From Elusimicrobiota bacterium (GTDB lineage: Bacteria; Elusimicrobiota; Elusimicrobia; UBA1565; UBA9628), in contig DAHVNA010000009.1 in NCBI GenBank assembly GCA_027319565.1, positions 1-53,396 on the forward strand: a stretch of 53,396 nucleotides of DNA, given 5' to 3'. This document shows positions 1 through 9,342 of the stretch, one piece after another. The translations under genes were made by a program, and so were the position numbers. Position 1 is the first letter of the stretch; the number at the start of each line of letters is the position of its first letter. Under the pieces are notes generated by a model. It was not told where the DNA came from and made no database searches. It saw only the letters and a list, made by a program, of their open reading frames with translations.

Positions 1-414
1 TTCTTTTGAGCGAACAAAAGCCCCCGACTCCGGATCATAAAAGCCGTCTAAAAATTCAATCAAGACACGGCCGGATTCCTTAAACTCCTCGGTATGGAAA
101 AAAGAAAATGCGTCAAAAAAAAGCCGCGCCCATTGAGAGGCGGCAAAGAAATGCTCTTTTGATTTAAAAGAAAGAAAGAATTGAGAGCCGGAAAATTTTT
201 GAGCGGCTTCCAATAATTGATTCTTAACGAGATCCTGGCTGATTTCTTTTTTCTCAGCCGCCGCGTAAAGAAGAAGACCGAGGGAATCAAAACCGAGAGA
301 TTGGTTTTGGCTTAATTGGGCCTCGAAATCCTTAAGAACGCGCGAAAACAAACTGGAATCAAAACCTAAAGCCGCTTTAGAAGATCCAGAAAGCGCGCCC
401 CAGCCGTTTCCCAT
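1..414 (-). CDS. Partial (5' end only) hypothetical protein, weakly resembling the helical region of YyaL/SPATA20-type proteins
   Basis: Manual translation from ATG at 414, which overlaps the nadA stop (TAATG): MGNGWGALSG...WARLFFDAFSFFHTEEFKESGRVLIEFLDGFYDPESGAFVRSKE. The frame stays open to the window edge. The family resemblance is by eye only. Confidence 0.55.
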   Translation of the reverse strand, partial: MGNGWGALSGSSKAALGFDSSLFSRVLKDFEAQLSQNQSLGFDSLGLLLYAAAEKKEISQDLVKNQLLEAAQKFSGSQFFLSFKSKEHFFAASQWARLFFDAFSFFHTEEFKESGRVLIEFLDGFYDPESGAFVRSKE

Positions 415-1478
415 TAAAGCGCAGCTCCGTCTTCGGCCATCTCAAACATCTTTTCAATCGGGCGCTTGGCGCACTCGGCGATTTCAGAGGGAACCTCGAT
501 GACGCTGGACGGACGAGGATTTTCCAGAGCGCGCAAGATAGCCTTTAAATCGGTCGCCCTCATATGGGGACACAAACGGCACATCGGGACAAACGTTTTT
601 TCCGGAAATTTCGTTCGCGCCAGATCCCCCAGGCCGCACTCGGTAATGAGCATGTAATGCGGGGCCTTGGTTTTTTCGACATAGCGCATCATGTCGCCGG
701 TTCCTCCGACTAAGTCAACCAAAGAGACAAGACTTGGGCTGCATTCGGAATGAGCTAAAATTTTAACCCCGGGGTAAATCTTCCGGTAATATTCAATTGA
801 AGAAGCGTCAAAATTTTCATGGACGATGCAGCTTCCCTTCCAGACGATGAGCTCGCTGCCAATTTTTTTGTCCAGCGCTTTCGCCAAATTTTTTCCCATC
901 ATCTCGTCCGGCAAGAAAATGACTTTCTTATGCGTCTCAAATAGTTTTGAGAGGATCTTGGGCGCGTTGGCGCTCGTGACAATCACGTCGGACTCCGCCT
1001 TAACCGCGGCCGAGGTGTTGATATAGGTCGAAACCGGAGCTCCGGGGTGTTCCGCGCGCAAACGGCGAACGTCTTCTGGGGCGATGCTTTCAGAAAGAGA
1101 GCAGCCAGCTTCGGGGGCCGGCAACAGCACCTCTTTTTCCGGATTTAAAATCTTGGCGGTTTCGGCCATGAAGCGCACGCCACAAAAAATGATGAGTTCA
1201 GCGGAATTTCCTTGGCAGAGGCGGGCTAGCTTATAAGAATCCCCGATAAAATCGGCCACCCCGTGCAAAATCTCGGCGCGCTGATAGACATGAGCCGGAA
1301 TGACGGCATTTCTTTCCCGCTTAAGGGCGTTGATTTTCCAAGTTAGCTCCGCGCAGCGAAGCAGATCATCTTCGGAATAGCCTAAATCTCCGAGACCCTT
1401 GGAAAACAGGCGCTCGGCCTCAAGCTCGATATCTTTTTCCGTCGGTTTTGGAGATTTTGAGAGCGTTTTAGAAGTCAT
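414..1478 (-). CDS. nadA: Quinolinate synthase A ([4Fe-4S])
   Basis: Motifs AHVYQ, GDSYKL, FCGVRFMAETAK, AGCSL, YINTSAAVKA, GSCIVHE, AHSEC and CPHM; three cluster-ligating Cys present. Confidence 0.95.
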   Translation of the reverse strand: MTSKTLSKSPKPTEKDIELEAERLFSKGLGDLGYSEDDLLRCAELTWKINALKRERNAVIPAHVYQRAEILHGVADFIGDSYKLARLCQGNSAELIIFCGVRFMAETAKILNPEKEVLLPAPEAGCSLSESIAPEDVRRLRAEHPGAPVSTYINTSAAVKAESDVIVTSANAPKILSKLFETHKKVIFLPDEMMGKNLAKALDKKIGSELIVWKGSCIVHENFDASSIEYYRKIYPGVKILAHSECSPSLVSLVDLVGGTGDMMRYVEKTKAPHYMLITECGLGDLARTKFPEKTFVPMCRLCPHMRATDLKAILRALENPRPSSVIEVPSEIAECAKRPIEKMFEMAEDGAAL

Positions 1479-2178
1479 TTTTCATTTCCGGAAAATTACT
1501 AAAAATTCCGTCTACTCCTATCTTGTCGAGGCGCCTGGCCTCTTCGATTTTGTTGACCGTATACACCAACACTTTAAACCCCTTCCGATGGGCTTGAGAG
1601 ACAATCTGAGCGCTTACCTGACTTGCGCTTAAGTTCAGGCTCTCGGCCTTTAAATCCGCCATTTCCTCAAAAGCCCTCGATAAAGAAGTTCGCCCCAAAA
1701 GATAACCGATGCGAGCTCGGGAGTCCAAGGCCCTAAAATGGAACAAAGCCTCATGATCGAAACTGGAAATTAAAACCTGGGACTTGAGAGCCCTTCTTTT
1801 CAATAAACGGTAAAGCTTCTCTTCTATTTTAGGATAAATTCGGCACCCTCCCTTCATCTCGACATTAATTTCCGCTTTTTTCCCGACGAGTTCAAAAACA
1901 TCCTCTAAAGTGGGGATGCCTTCCCCAGAATACCTTTCCGAAAACCAGGAACCGGCGTCCATCTTTTTAAGCTGAGCCGCAGTGTAAGTCTCGACTCGGC
2001 CAGGCAACCCCGCCACCCTTTTGAGATTGTCATCGTGAATGACGACCAGGCGACCGTCTCGACTCTCGGCAATATCCAGCTCGATGGACCGAGCCTTCAT
2101 TTGAAGGGCCTTTTTAAAAGAGGCCAAGGTGTTTTCCGGCGCGTGAGCGCTGGCCCCTCTATGCGCGATAAATTCCAT
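1468..2178 (-). CDS. Glycerophosphodiester phosphodiesterase (GDPD family)
   Basis: IAHRGASAHAPENTLASF, ELDI, VIHDD, EMK, YTVN, GVDGIFSNFP. Start reassigned to the ATG at 2178. Confidence 0.92.
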   Translation of the reverse strand: MEFIAHRGASAHAPENTLASFKKALQMKARSIELDIAESRDGRLVVIHDDNLKRVAGLPGRVETYTAAQLKKMDAGSWFSERYSGEGIPTLEDVFELVGKKAEINVEMKGGCRIYPKIEEKLYRLLKRRALKSQVLISSFDHEALFHFRALDSRARIGYLLGRTSLSRAFEEMADLKAESLNLSASQVSAQIVSQAHRKGFKVLVYTVNKIEEARRLDKIGVDGIFSNFPEMKNDF

Positions 2179-2986
2179 GCGGACACGCCTCCAATCGCTT
2201 GAGAAACTCTTGGTAAACCTCATCCGGGATTTCAACACCAAAAACCTTGTCTCGCCCGCTGCCCGGACCATGGAAGTCGCTGCCGCCGGTCAAAAGAAGA
2301 TTTTTCTCCTGCGCTAAATTTCGCCATTTTTGCGGATGATTTAAATCGGCATAATAGCCTTCCAGGCCCTCAAGCCCCCATTCAATCCATTCAGGGATTT
2401 TTTCGGATTTTTTGATGATATGCGGGTGCGCCAAGGAGGCAAAACCGCCAAAACTGCGGATGAGTTCAATGGCTTCTTTCGGAGAAGGCCCCAAGGACTC
2501 GACGTATCCGGGTTTTCCTCCGCTTAAGAGTCGGTCAAAAGCCTCCTGGCGGCTTTTGAGCAAGCCTTTTTTGACCAGGGCATCGGCGATATGGGGCCGA
2601 CCCAAACTTTCTTTAGAGACTTGCCCCACATCCTCAAAATCAATCGGAAAGCCCAGAGATCTGAGTTTTTCCAGCATTTTTTCAACCCGCAAACGCCGAC
2701 GCGCGCGAAAATCCGATAGAGTTTCCATCAGCAAAGGCGAATCCCACTTTAGGCCATAGCCCAAAATGTGAACGCCGGAATCCGCGGTATTAATTTCAAT
2801 TCCACAGGCCACGGAAACTTGATGGAGTTTGGCGGCCTCAAGCAGTTCGGGGAAACCGGCCACGGTATCGTGATCGGTTAAAATCAAAAGCTCAAGACCC
2901 GCTTTTTCCGCGCGCCGAGCGAGATCTTCCGGGCGAGAAGTGCCGTCTGAATAATGGGAATGGGTATGAAAATCTATTTTCTTCAC
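2159..2986 (-). CDS. PHP-domain metal-dependent phosphoesterase (TrpH/YciV-like)
   Basis: DFHTHSHYSDG, LTDHDT, GIEI, HILGY, GRPHIA, LAHP, GGSDFHG. Confidence 0.92.
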   Translation of the reverse strand: MKKIDFHTHSHYSDGTSRPEDLARRAEKAGLELLILTDHDTVAGFPELLEAAKLHQVSVACGIEINTADSGVHILGYGLKWDSPLLMETLSDFRARRRLRVEKMLEKLRSLGFPIDFEDVGQVSKESLGRPHIADALVKKGLLKSRQEAFDRLLSGGKPGYVESLGPSPKEAIELIRSFGGFASLAHPHIIKKSEKIPEWIEWGLEGLEGYYADLNHPQKWRNLAQEKNLLLTGGSDFHGPGSGRDKVFGVEIPDEVYQEFLKRLEACPHGIYRA

Positions 2987-3219
2987 GCCAAGATAACTGC
3001 TTTAACTTCCGGCGCCTTGGATTTGACCGCTCTTTCAATTCCGCCCTTGAGAGTCGCTCCCGCGCTCGGGCAGCCCTGGCAAGCCCCTTTAAGAGAAACC
3101 CGCACGACTCCGGTCATCTCGTCGACATCCACCAAGGAAACCTTGCCCCCGTCCATCTCGATATAGGGACGCACTTGATCTAAGGCGCTCAAAACTCGAG
3201 CGGTCAGACCGGAATTCAT
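2983..3219 (-). CDS. NifU-C/NfuA-type Fe-S carrier
   Basis: VRPYIEMDGG...LKGACQGCPS CxxC motif; lies in the suf operon. Confidence 0.92.
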   Translation of the reverse strand: MNSGLTARVLSALDQVRPYIEMDGGKVSLVDVDEMTGVVRVSLKGACQGCPSAGATLKGGIERAVKSKAPEVKAVILA

Positions 3220-3662
3220 CTCAGCGCCTCCGTGGAAATTGGGGTCGCCTCAGGTTCTCCCATCAATTGCTCGATGGTCACGGAATCAAGATAGTTCTCG
3301 ATTAAATCCCCTAATTTTTTCCAAACCGGAGAAATCGCGCAAGAACTTTGGTGACGACATTCCCTCTCGCCAGATTCATATTTATCGCATACGCCTTCCA
3401 AAATCCGCCCGTTCATTCCACGCAAAACGTCTCCGAGCTTAATTTCAGAGGGAGGCCGCGAAAGGGTATAGCCGCCGCCCGCTCCACGCCGACTTTCAAC
3501 CAAGCCCGCCCGGCGCAAATGCATCAAGATTTGATCGACAAAGTCCGCCGGAATATTTTCAATTTCCGCGAGTTTTTTTGAAGCAATCGAATCCCCGCCG
3601 TAGAATCTTCCCAAAGCGACAATCAAGCGCGTCGCGTATTCAACCGAACTTGTAATTTTCAT
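3216..3662 (-). CDS. Rrf2-family transcriptional regulator (IscR-like, three Cys)
   Basis: MKITSSVEYA, LVESRRGAGGGYTL wing motif, C-x9-C-x5-C. Start reassigned to the ATG at 3662, preceded by GAGG. Confidence 0.92.
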   Translation of the reverse strand: MKITSSVEYATRLIVALGRFYGGDSIASKKLAEIENIPADFVDQILMHLRRAGLVESRRGAGGGYTLSRPPSEIKLGDVLRGMNGRILEGVCDKYESGERECRHQSSCAISPVWKKLGDLIENYLDSVTIEQLMGEPEATPISTEALR

Positions 3663-3673
3663 AAAGGCCTCGC

Positions 3674-4003
3674 CTAAAATAACCCCAACTGTTCTTTGGC
3701 CTCTTCGCTGGCCATGGTCTTTGGATCCCAAGGCGGATCAAAGACCAAATCGATGTCGACTTCCTCCATCCCGACGATTTTAGCCAACGCGCCGTGAGCC
3801 GAGGAAAGAAGCATCGGCCCATAAGGACAAGCCGGCGAGGTCAAGCTCATGTAGACCTTAACCATCGGCGTTTCTCCTTTGCGAATTTCCGCTCCGTAGA
3901 TGAGCCCCAAATCGACGATGCTCATATGAATCTCGGGATCAAAAACCGGTCGCAGGGCTTCTCCAATTTCCTTAAAAGTAATCTCTTTGGTCAATTCGCT
4001 CAC
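3674..4003 (-). CDS. sufT: SufT/DUF59 metal-sulfur cluster assembly factor
   Basis: VFDPEIHMSIVDLGLIY, LTSPACP, FDPPWDP. GTG start overlaps the sufU stop, with GGAGGAG upstream. Confidence 0.88.
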   Translation of the reverse strand: MSELTKEITFKEIGEALRPVFDPEIHMSIVDLGLIYGAEIRKGETPMVKVYMSLTSPACPYGPMLLSSAHGALAKIVGMEEVDIDLVFDPPWDPKTMASEEAKEQLGLF

Positions 4004-4455
4004 GAGCGTTTCTCCTCCGGAAAACTTTTTTGAATCGTGTTCCATGCCAGCGTCGCGCATTTAACGCGCAGGGGAAATTTCCGGACCCCTTCAAGAGCCT
4101 TCATCACCTCAAGCTCGGCGGGCAACAAATCAAGAGACGTCTTTGAAAGCATCATGTCTTTAAACGCCAAAACCAAGTCGCGCGCACGCTCAGGCGTTTT
4201 GCCCTCAAGACACTCCGCCATCATGGCCGCGGAAGCCTGGCTAATCACGCAGCCATGCCCGCTATAGCGAATTTTCTCGATGACTCCCGAGGGATTTTTG
4301 ACGTCCATCGCAATTTCAATTTCATCTCCGCAAACGGGGTTAATCCCGCGCGAGTGGAAGTGGGGATTCTCGATTTTTCCCTTATGCGCCCCGCTTTGGG
4401 AATAATCGAGCAAAACATCCTGATAAAGCTCTTTGAGCTCTTGGTCGCCTTCCAT
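4000..4455 (-). CDS. sufU: SufU (NifU-N family) Fe-S assembly protein
   Basis: NPVCGD, GCVISQASA, RVKCATLAW. Confidence 0.93.
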   Translation of the reverse strand: MEGDQELKELYQDVLLDYSQSGAHKGKIENPHFHSRGINPVCGDEIEIAMDVKNPSGVIEKIRYSGHGCVISQASAAMMAECLEGKTPERARDLVLAFKDMMLSKTSLDLLPAELEVMKALEGVRKFPLRVKCATLAWNTIQKSFPEEKRS

Positions 4456-5708
4456 TATTTAACCCCAACGGCCTTAAGCCTCGGCTTAAAAAATTGAATG
4501 GTTTTCCGAAGGGCGCGGCCAAAAATTTCAACTTCCTCAAGCGTGTTATAGAAATAAAAACTCGCGCGTGCCGTTCCACCCACTCCCAAGCGGCGCATGA
4601 GCGGCTGGCAACAGTGATGACCGCTCCGCACCGCGACTCCTTCTAAATCCAAAGAGGTACCGACATCATGCGGGTGAAGACCTTTAAGATTAAAGGAAAT
4701 CACTCCGCCGCGGCCTTCAGCCAAGTCAGACCCGTAAAGCTCGATTTCCGGTTCGTTTTTCAAAATTTCAAGGGCTCGATGCAAAAGAATCTTTTCCTGG
4801 GCTTCCATTTCGGCAAATCCGATTTTAGACAAATAATTTAAAGCCTCCGGAAAAACAGCGGCTTCCGCGATCGCCGGCGTTCCCGCCTCAAATTTCGCGG
4901 GCAAAACATTTGGAGTAAAGGTCTCAAGCTCAACTGTCTCAATCATGTCCCCGCCGCCCAAAAAAGGATCCATCTCCTCAAGCAGGCTTTCCCGGCCATA
5001 GAGAACCCCAAGCCCGGTGGGCCCCAACATCTTGTGCGCGGAAAAAGCCAGGAAATCGCATCCCCATTTCTGGACATCCGTTTTAAAATGCGGAGTCCAC
5101 TGAGAAGCGTCCACCAAGGTTTTGGCGCCAAATTGCTTAGCCAGAGTAATCATCTCCAACACCGGCGGAAGCGTTCCTAAGACATTAGAAGCCGCGGTAA
5201 AAGAGACCAGCTTAGTTTTTTCTGAAAACAATTCTCGAGCGGCGAACAAATCCAGATCTCCCACGCGGGTAATGGGAATAAAGCGCAGTTTAAGCGATTT
5301 TTCCGCGGCGAGAATCTGCCAAGGCACTAAATTTGAATGATGCTCGAGTTCGGTTAAAACAATTTCATCTCCGGCTTTTAAAAATTTGCGGCCCCAGGAA
5401 TGGGCCACCAAATTAATGGCCTCGGTGGCGTTGCGGGTAAAAATAATCGTTTCCGGCTTCGGAGCATTAATAAAATCCGCGGTTTTTTGGCGAGCGTTTT
5501 CAACCAAAGTGGTCGCTTCATCGGAGAGTGTATGGGCTCCCCGATGGATGTTCCCGTTATGGTTTTCGTAAAAAGAACTCAGAGCGGCAATGAGGGCCTT
5601 GGGCTTTTGAGTGGTCGCCGCGTTGTCAAAATAAACCAAGGGCTTGCCATGAACCTGGCGGGAGAGAATGGGAAAATCTCGCCGAATTTCCAGAATATCA
5701 AGGCTCAT
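4455..5708 (-). CDS. sufS: Cysteine desulfurase SufS
   Basis: YFDNAATTQKP, EHHSN, SAHKMLGPTG (PLP lysine), RSGHHC catalytic cysteine. Confidence 0.96.
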   Translation of the reverse strand: MSLDILEIRRDFPILSRQVHGKPLVYFDNAATTQKPKALIAALSSFYENHNGNIHRGAHTLSDEATTLVENARQKTADFINAPKPETIIFTRNATEAINLVAHSWGRKFLKAGDEIVLTELEHHSNLVPWQILAAEKSLKLRFIPITRVGDLDLFAARELFSEKTKLVSFTAASNVLGTLPPVLEMITLAKQFGAKTLVDASQWTPHFKTDVQKWGCDFLAFSAHKMLGPTGLGVLYGRESLLEEMDPFLGGGDMIETVELETFTPNVLPAKFEAGTPAIAEAAVFPEALNYLSKIGFAEMEAQEKILLHRALEILKNEPEIELYGSDLAEGRGGVISFNLKGLHPHDVGTSLDLEGVAVRSGHHCCQPLMRRLGVGGTARASFYFYNTLEEVEIFGRALRKTIQFFKPRLKAVGVK

Positions 5709-7029
5709 GGGATAAATCTCCCAAGCCTGACTTTTGAGACAAGAGACCCAAAATGGCGGTCCGAACGCTTTCTACTGGAATAGCGTTGATGATCTCGCTT
5801 TGAAAGGCGTAGATCAGGGCTTCTCTGGCCTCTTTATCTCCCAAGCCGCGGCTCTTTAAATAAAAAAGCGCGCTCAAATCCATCTGTCCGATGGCCGAGC
5901 CATGCTTGCAGCGAACATCATCGGCCTCGATTTTAAATTCCGGGCTAGTATGAACTTGGGCTTCTTCAGAGAGAATCAGGTTTTTATTATGGAGGCTCGC
6001 GTCGGTTTTTTGCGCCTCGGGCTTGACCGCGATTAAGCCCTCAAAGGCCGCTTTTCCCTGCCCATCCAAAATGCCCTTATAAAGCTCGACGCTGCGGGTA
6101 TTCGGTTTAAAATGGGTAATGGTCGTCTTGATATTCTTGCTTTGAGAAGCGCTTGGATGGTAAAGGCCGTTGATTTGGCACTCGGCATTTTCCCCTTGAA
6201 GCTCGACGGATATTTCTTGTCGAGAAGAAGATTCTCCCAAGAAAACCGAAGAAACCGAAAACCGGCTATGAGACGCCTGGTGAACGGCGATTGATTCCAA
6301 GTGAAAAGAGCCCGCTCCTTCTCTTTCCAGAATAATTAAATCTAACTGCGCGCCTTCATCCAGAAAAATTTCAGTGACGGTATTATTCAAACAAACCCCG
6401 GCTTGCCCGGCGTATTCCTGAATAATCACCGCCTTCGAGCGCGGGCCCAACGCAATTAAATTCAAGGGATGCGTCATCGCGGCATGATTGAGCGGATGAT
6501 TGAGGGAAAAAAGATGGAGAGGATTGAGCGAAGAAAACCCCTGGGGCAAAACGATCGCCACTCCATCTTGAAACAAAGAGCCGTTAAGCGCCTCAAAAGC
6601 CCCCAAACCTCCAACCGGGCGATGCCCCCAAAAATTTTCAAAGCGCTCCGGGTTGTTTTTTAAAAGGGCGGCGAGACTGGCCGCGATGAAGCCTTCCGAA
6701 TGCGGACTCTTGAGATCGGGCAGACAATAACCATTAAAAAAAGTGAGCGAAAAATAATTTTCTTTGGCGAAAAGCGAAGAAGGCTTTAAATCCGCGACCC
6801 GCGCATTCAGGGGGAACTCAAATAACTTCCAGGGAGTCTCTTGAATTTTAGAAGCGGGAAAAAATTTCCAACCCGGAGTTTGTTCGCCGGGAAAGCCGGT
6901 TTGGGTAAAACGCTCGAAAGAACGCTTTCTTAAGCGTTCAACCCATGGCGCTTCCCCGGCCGGAAGATAAGGCAAGGCCTGCTCAAACTCAACTTCAAGG
7001 GGAGATTTTTCCAAAACCGCTTCCTTCAT
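5698..7029 (-). CDS. sufD: Fe-S cluster assembly protein SufD
   Basis: AQKTDA, PEFKIEADDVRCKHGSAIG, LFYLKSRGL. Confidence 0.93.
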   Translation of the reverse strand: MKEAVLEKSPLEVEFEQALPYLPAGEAPWVERLRKRSFERFTQTGFPGEQTPGWKFFPASKIQETPWKLFEFPLNARVADLKPSSLFAKENYFSLTFFNGYCLPDLKSPHSEGFIAASLAALLKNNPERFENFWGHRPVGGLGAFEALNGSLFQDGVAIVLPQGFSSLNPLHLFSLNHPLNHAAMTHPLNLIALGPRSKAVIIQEYAGQAGVCLNNTVTEIFLDEGAQLDLIILEREGAGSFHLESIAVHQASHSRFSVSSVFLGESSSRQEISVELQGENAECQINGLYHPSASQSKNIKTTITHFKPNTRSVELYKGILDGQGKAAFEGLIAVKPEAQKTDASLHNKNLILSEEAQVHTSPEFKIEADDVRCKHGSAIGQMDLSALFYLKSRGLGDKEAREALIYAFQSEIINAIPVESVRTAILGLLSQKSGLGDLSHEP

Positions 7030-7787
7030 CCTTTTAACCCCGCGAATTCTTCCTTAGCCCAGGCATAACCTTCTTTTTCAAGCTGATAGGCCAATTCCTT
7101 GCCTCCGGAGCGGATAATGCGCCCATCGGACAACACATGGACAAAATCAGGAACGACGTAATCCAACAGCCGCTGGTAATGAGTGATCACCAAAAACGAG
7201 CGCTGCGGGTTGCGCATCACGTTGATGCCATGAGAAACAATTTTAAGGGCGTCGATGTCGAGACCGGAATCGGTCTCATCTAAAATGGCGAGTTTAGGCT
7301 CCAAGGCCGCCATCTGGAGAATTTCATTCCTTTTCTTTTCTCCCCCCGAAAATCCCGCGTTGACCTGCCGGCTTAAAAGCGCCTCATCCATCTCAACGGT
7401 TTTAGCTTTTTCTTTGACAAAAGAAAGAAATTGGCCCGCGCTCATTTCAGGCTTTCCCTGATGCCTGAGTTTGGCATTGACGGCCGCCTTGAGAAAATAT
7501 TTATTCGTCACTCCGTGAATCTCGACCGGATACTGAAAGGCGAGAAAAACGCCTTCCCGGCTTCTGACCTCGGTGGGCATTGAGAGTAAATCCTTGCCTT
7601 CATAAAGGACATTGCCCTCGGTCACTTCATAACCTTCTCTCCCGGCCAAAATATAGGACAAGGTGCTTTTCCCTGAACCGTTGGGGCCCATAATGGCGTG
7701 AACCTCTCCGGGATTGACGGTCAAGTTGATTCCCTTTAAAATCGGCTTGTCTCCGATTTTCGCGCACAAATTTTTAATTTCGAGCAT
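7026..7787 (-). CDS. sufC: Fe-S cluster assembly ATPase SufC
   Basis: GPNGSGKST, FQYPVEI, GFSGGEKKRNE, LDETDSGLDIDAL, ITHYQR. Confidence 0.97.
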   Translation of the reverse strand: MLEIKNLCAKIGDKPILKGINLTVNPGEVHAIMGPNGSGKSTLSYILAGREGYEVTEGNVLYEGKDLLSMPTEVRSREGVFLAFQYPVEIHGVTNKYFLKAAVNAKLRHQGKPEMSAGQFLSFVKEKAKTVEMDEALLSRQVNAGFSGGEKKRNEILQMAALEPKLAILDETDSGLDIDALKIVSHGINVMRNPQRSFLVITHYQRLLDYVVPDFVHVLSDGRIIRSGGKELAYQLEKEGYAWAKEEFAGLKG

Positions 7788-7798
7788 AAAGTTTCTCC

Positions 7799-9247
7799 TT
7801 ATCCTACCGCGCCTTCAAGACTGATGCTGAGCAGCTTATGGGCCTCCACCGCAAATTCAATGGGGAGTTCCTGAAAAACTTCTTTACAAAAGCCGTTGAC
7901 GATCAGCCCCACCGCGTCTTCCGCCGAGAGGCCCCGGCTTCTAAGATAAAAGAGTTGGTCTTCCCCGATTTTTGAAGTCGTGGCCTCGTGTTCAATTTGA
8001 GACGAGGTGTTTCCCACCTCCAAGGTCGGGAAAGTGTGCGCCCCGCACTGATTGCCCATCAAAAGCGAATCGCACTGGGAATAATTGCGGCTTGACTCCG
8101 CGCCCTTGGCGATTTTGACGAGACCGCGATAGGTGTTTTGCCCATGTCCGGCGGAAATTCCTTTTGAAATAATCGTACTCTTGGTGTTTTTGCCGACGTG
8201 AATCATCTTCGTTCCGGTATCGGCCTGCTGATAATGGTTAGCTAGCGCCACGGAATAAAATTCCCCGACGGAATTGTCGCCCAACAACAAACAGCTGGGA
8301 TACTTCCAAGTGATCGCGGATCCGGTCTCAACCTGGGTCCAGGAAATTTTGGAATTTTTTCCTTGGCATTTGCCGCGCTTGGTCACGAAATTATAAATAC
8401 CGCCCTTTCCATTTTTATCCCCGGGATACCAATTTTGAATCGTCGAATATTTAATCTGCGCGTTATCCAAGGCCACGAGCTCGACAATGGCGGCGTGGAG
8501 TTGATTTTCATCCCGCATCGGGGCCGTGCAGCCTTCGAGATAGGACACCGACGCGCCTTCTTCGGCGATGATTAAGGTGCGTTCAAATTGCCCGGTCTCC
8601 TTGGCGTTGATTCGGAAATAAGTTGACAGTTCCATCGGACAGCGAACGCCCTTGGGAACATAACAGAAAGAACCATCTGAAAACACCGCAGAATTGAGGG
8701 CGGCGAAGAAGTTGTCGGTATAAGGCACGACCGAACCCAGATATTTCTCGACCAAGTCCGGATGTTCGATGGCCGCTTCCGAAAAAGGGCAAAAAATGAC
8801 TCCCGCCTCCGACAAGGTCTTTTTAAAAGTCGTCGCCACCGAAACCGAGTCAAAAACCGCATCCACCGCCACATTCGAAAGCATCTTTTGCTCTTCCAAC
8901 GGGATTCCCAATTTCTCGAAAGTCTTTCGGACCTCGGGATCGACTTCATCCATGCTGGAAAGTTTTTTCTTCGGCTTGGGCGCGGAATAATAGACGATAT
9001 CCTGATAATTAATCGGCGGATAATGGACATTGGCCCATTGCGGCTCTTTCATCTTCAGCCAATGCCGATAGGCTTTCAAACGAAATTCCAGGAGAAAAGC
9101 CGGCTCTTTTTTCTTCTGAGAGATCAGGGTAATGACCTCTTCATTGAGCCCCTTGGCAATTTGATCGGCCTCCACTTCGGAGACAAAACCATATTGATAC
9201 TCGCGTTCGGTAATTTGATTTAGGACATCTGGTTTCCCGTTAGCCAT
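7799..9247 (-). CDS. sufB: Fe-S cluster assembly protein SufB
   Basis: [56 protein letters not shown]. Confidence 0.97.
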   Translation of the reverse strand: MANGKPDVLNQITEREYQYGFVSEVEADQIAKGLNEEVITLISQKKKEPAFLLEFRLKAYRHWLKMKEPQWANVHYPPINYQDIVYYSAPKPKKKLSSMDEVDPEVRKTFEKLGIPLEEQKMLSNVAVDAVFDSVSVATTFKKTLSEAGVIFCPFSEAAIEHPDLVEKYLGSVVPYTDNFFAALNSAVFSDGSFCYVPKGVRCPMELSTYFRINAKETGQFERTLIIAEEGASVSYLEGCTAPMRDENQLHAAIVELVALDNAQIKYSTIQNWYPGDKNGKGGIYNFVTKRGKCQGKNSKISWTQVETGSAITWKYPSCLLLGDNSVGEFYSVALANHYQQADTGTKMIHVGKNTKSTIISKGISAGHGQNTYRGLVKIAKGAESSRNYSQCDSLLMGNQCGAHTFPTLEVGNTSSQIEHEATTSKIGEDQLFYLRSRGLSAEDAVGLIVNGFCKEVFQELPIEFAVEAHKLLSISLEGAVG

Positions 9248-9253
9248 ACCCTT

Positions 9254-9282
9254 AGTGTAACATATCCGACTAAAATACTCAA
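9254..9282 (-). promoter_or_regulatory. Sigma70-type promoter of the suf operon (-35 TTGAGT, 17 bp spacer, extended -10 TGtTACACT)
   Basis: Minus strand reads TTGAGT-attttagtcggatatgt-TACACT-aagggt-ATG. Confidence 0.75.
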
Positions 9283-9286
9283 GTTA
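9262..9286. promoter_or_regulatory. IscR/Rrf2-type operator overlapping the suf promoter
   Basis: ATATCCGACTAAAATACTCAAGTTA closely resembles the IscR type-1 consensus ATASYYGACTRWWWYAGTCRRSTAT; an Rrf2 gene lies in the operon. Confidence 0.7.
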
Positions 9287-9342
9287 TTTTTTAAGGCCCT
9301 AAGGCAGGCGCAACAGGGAGGAAATTAAGCTATATTTATATT

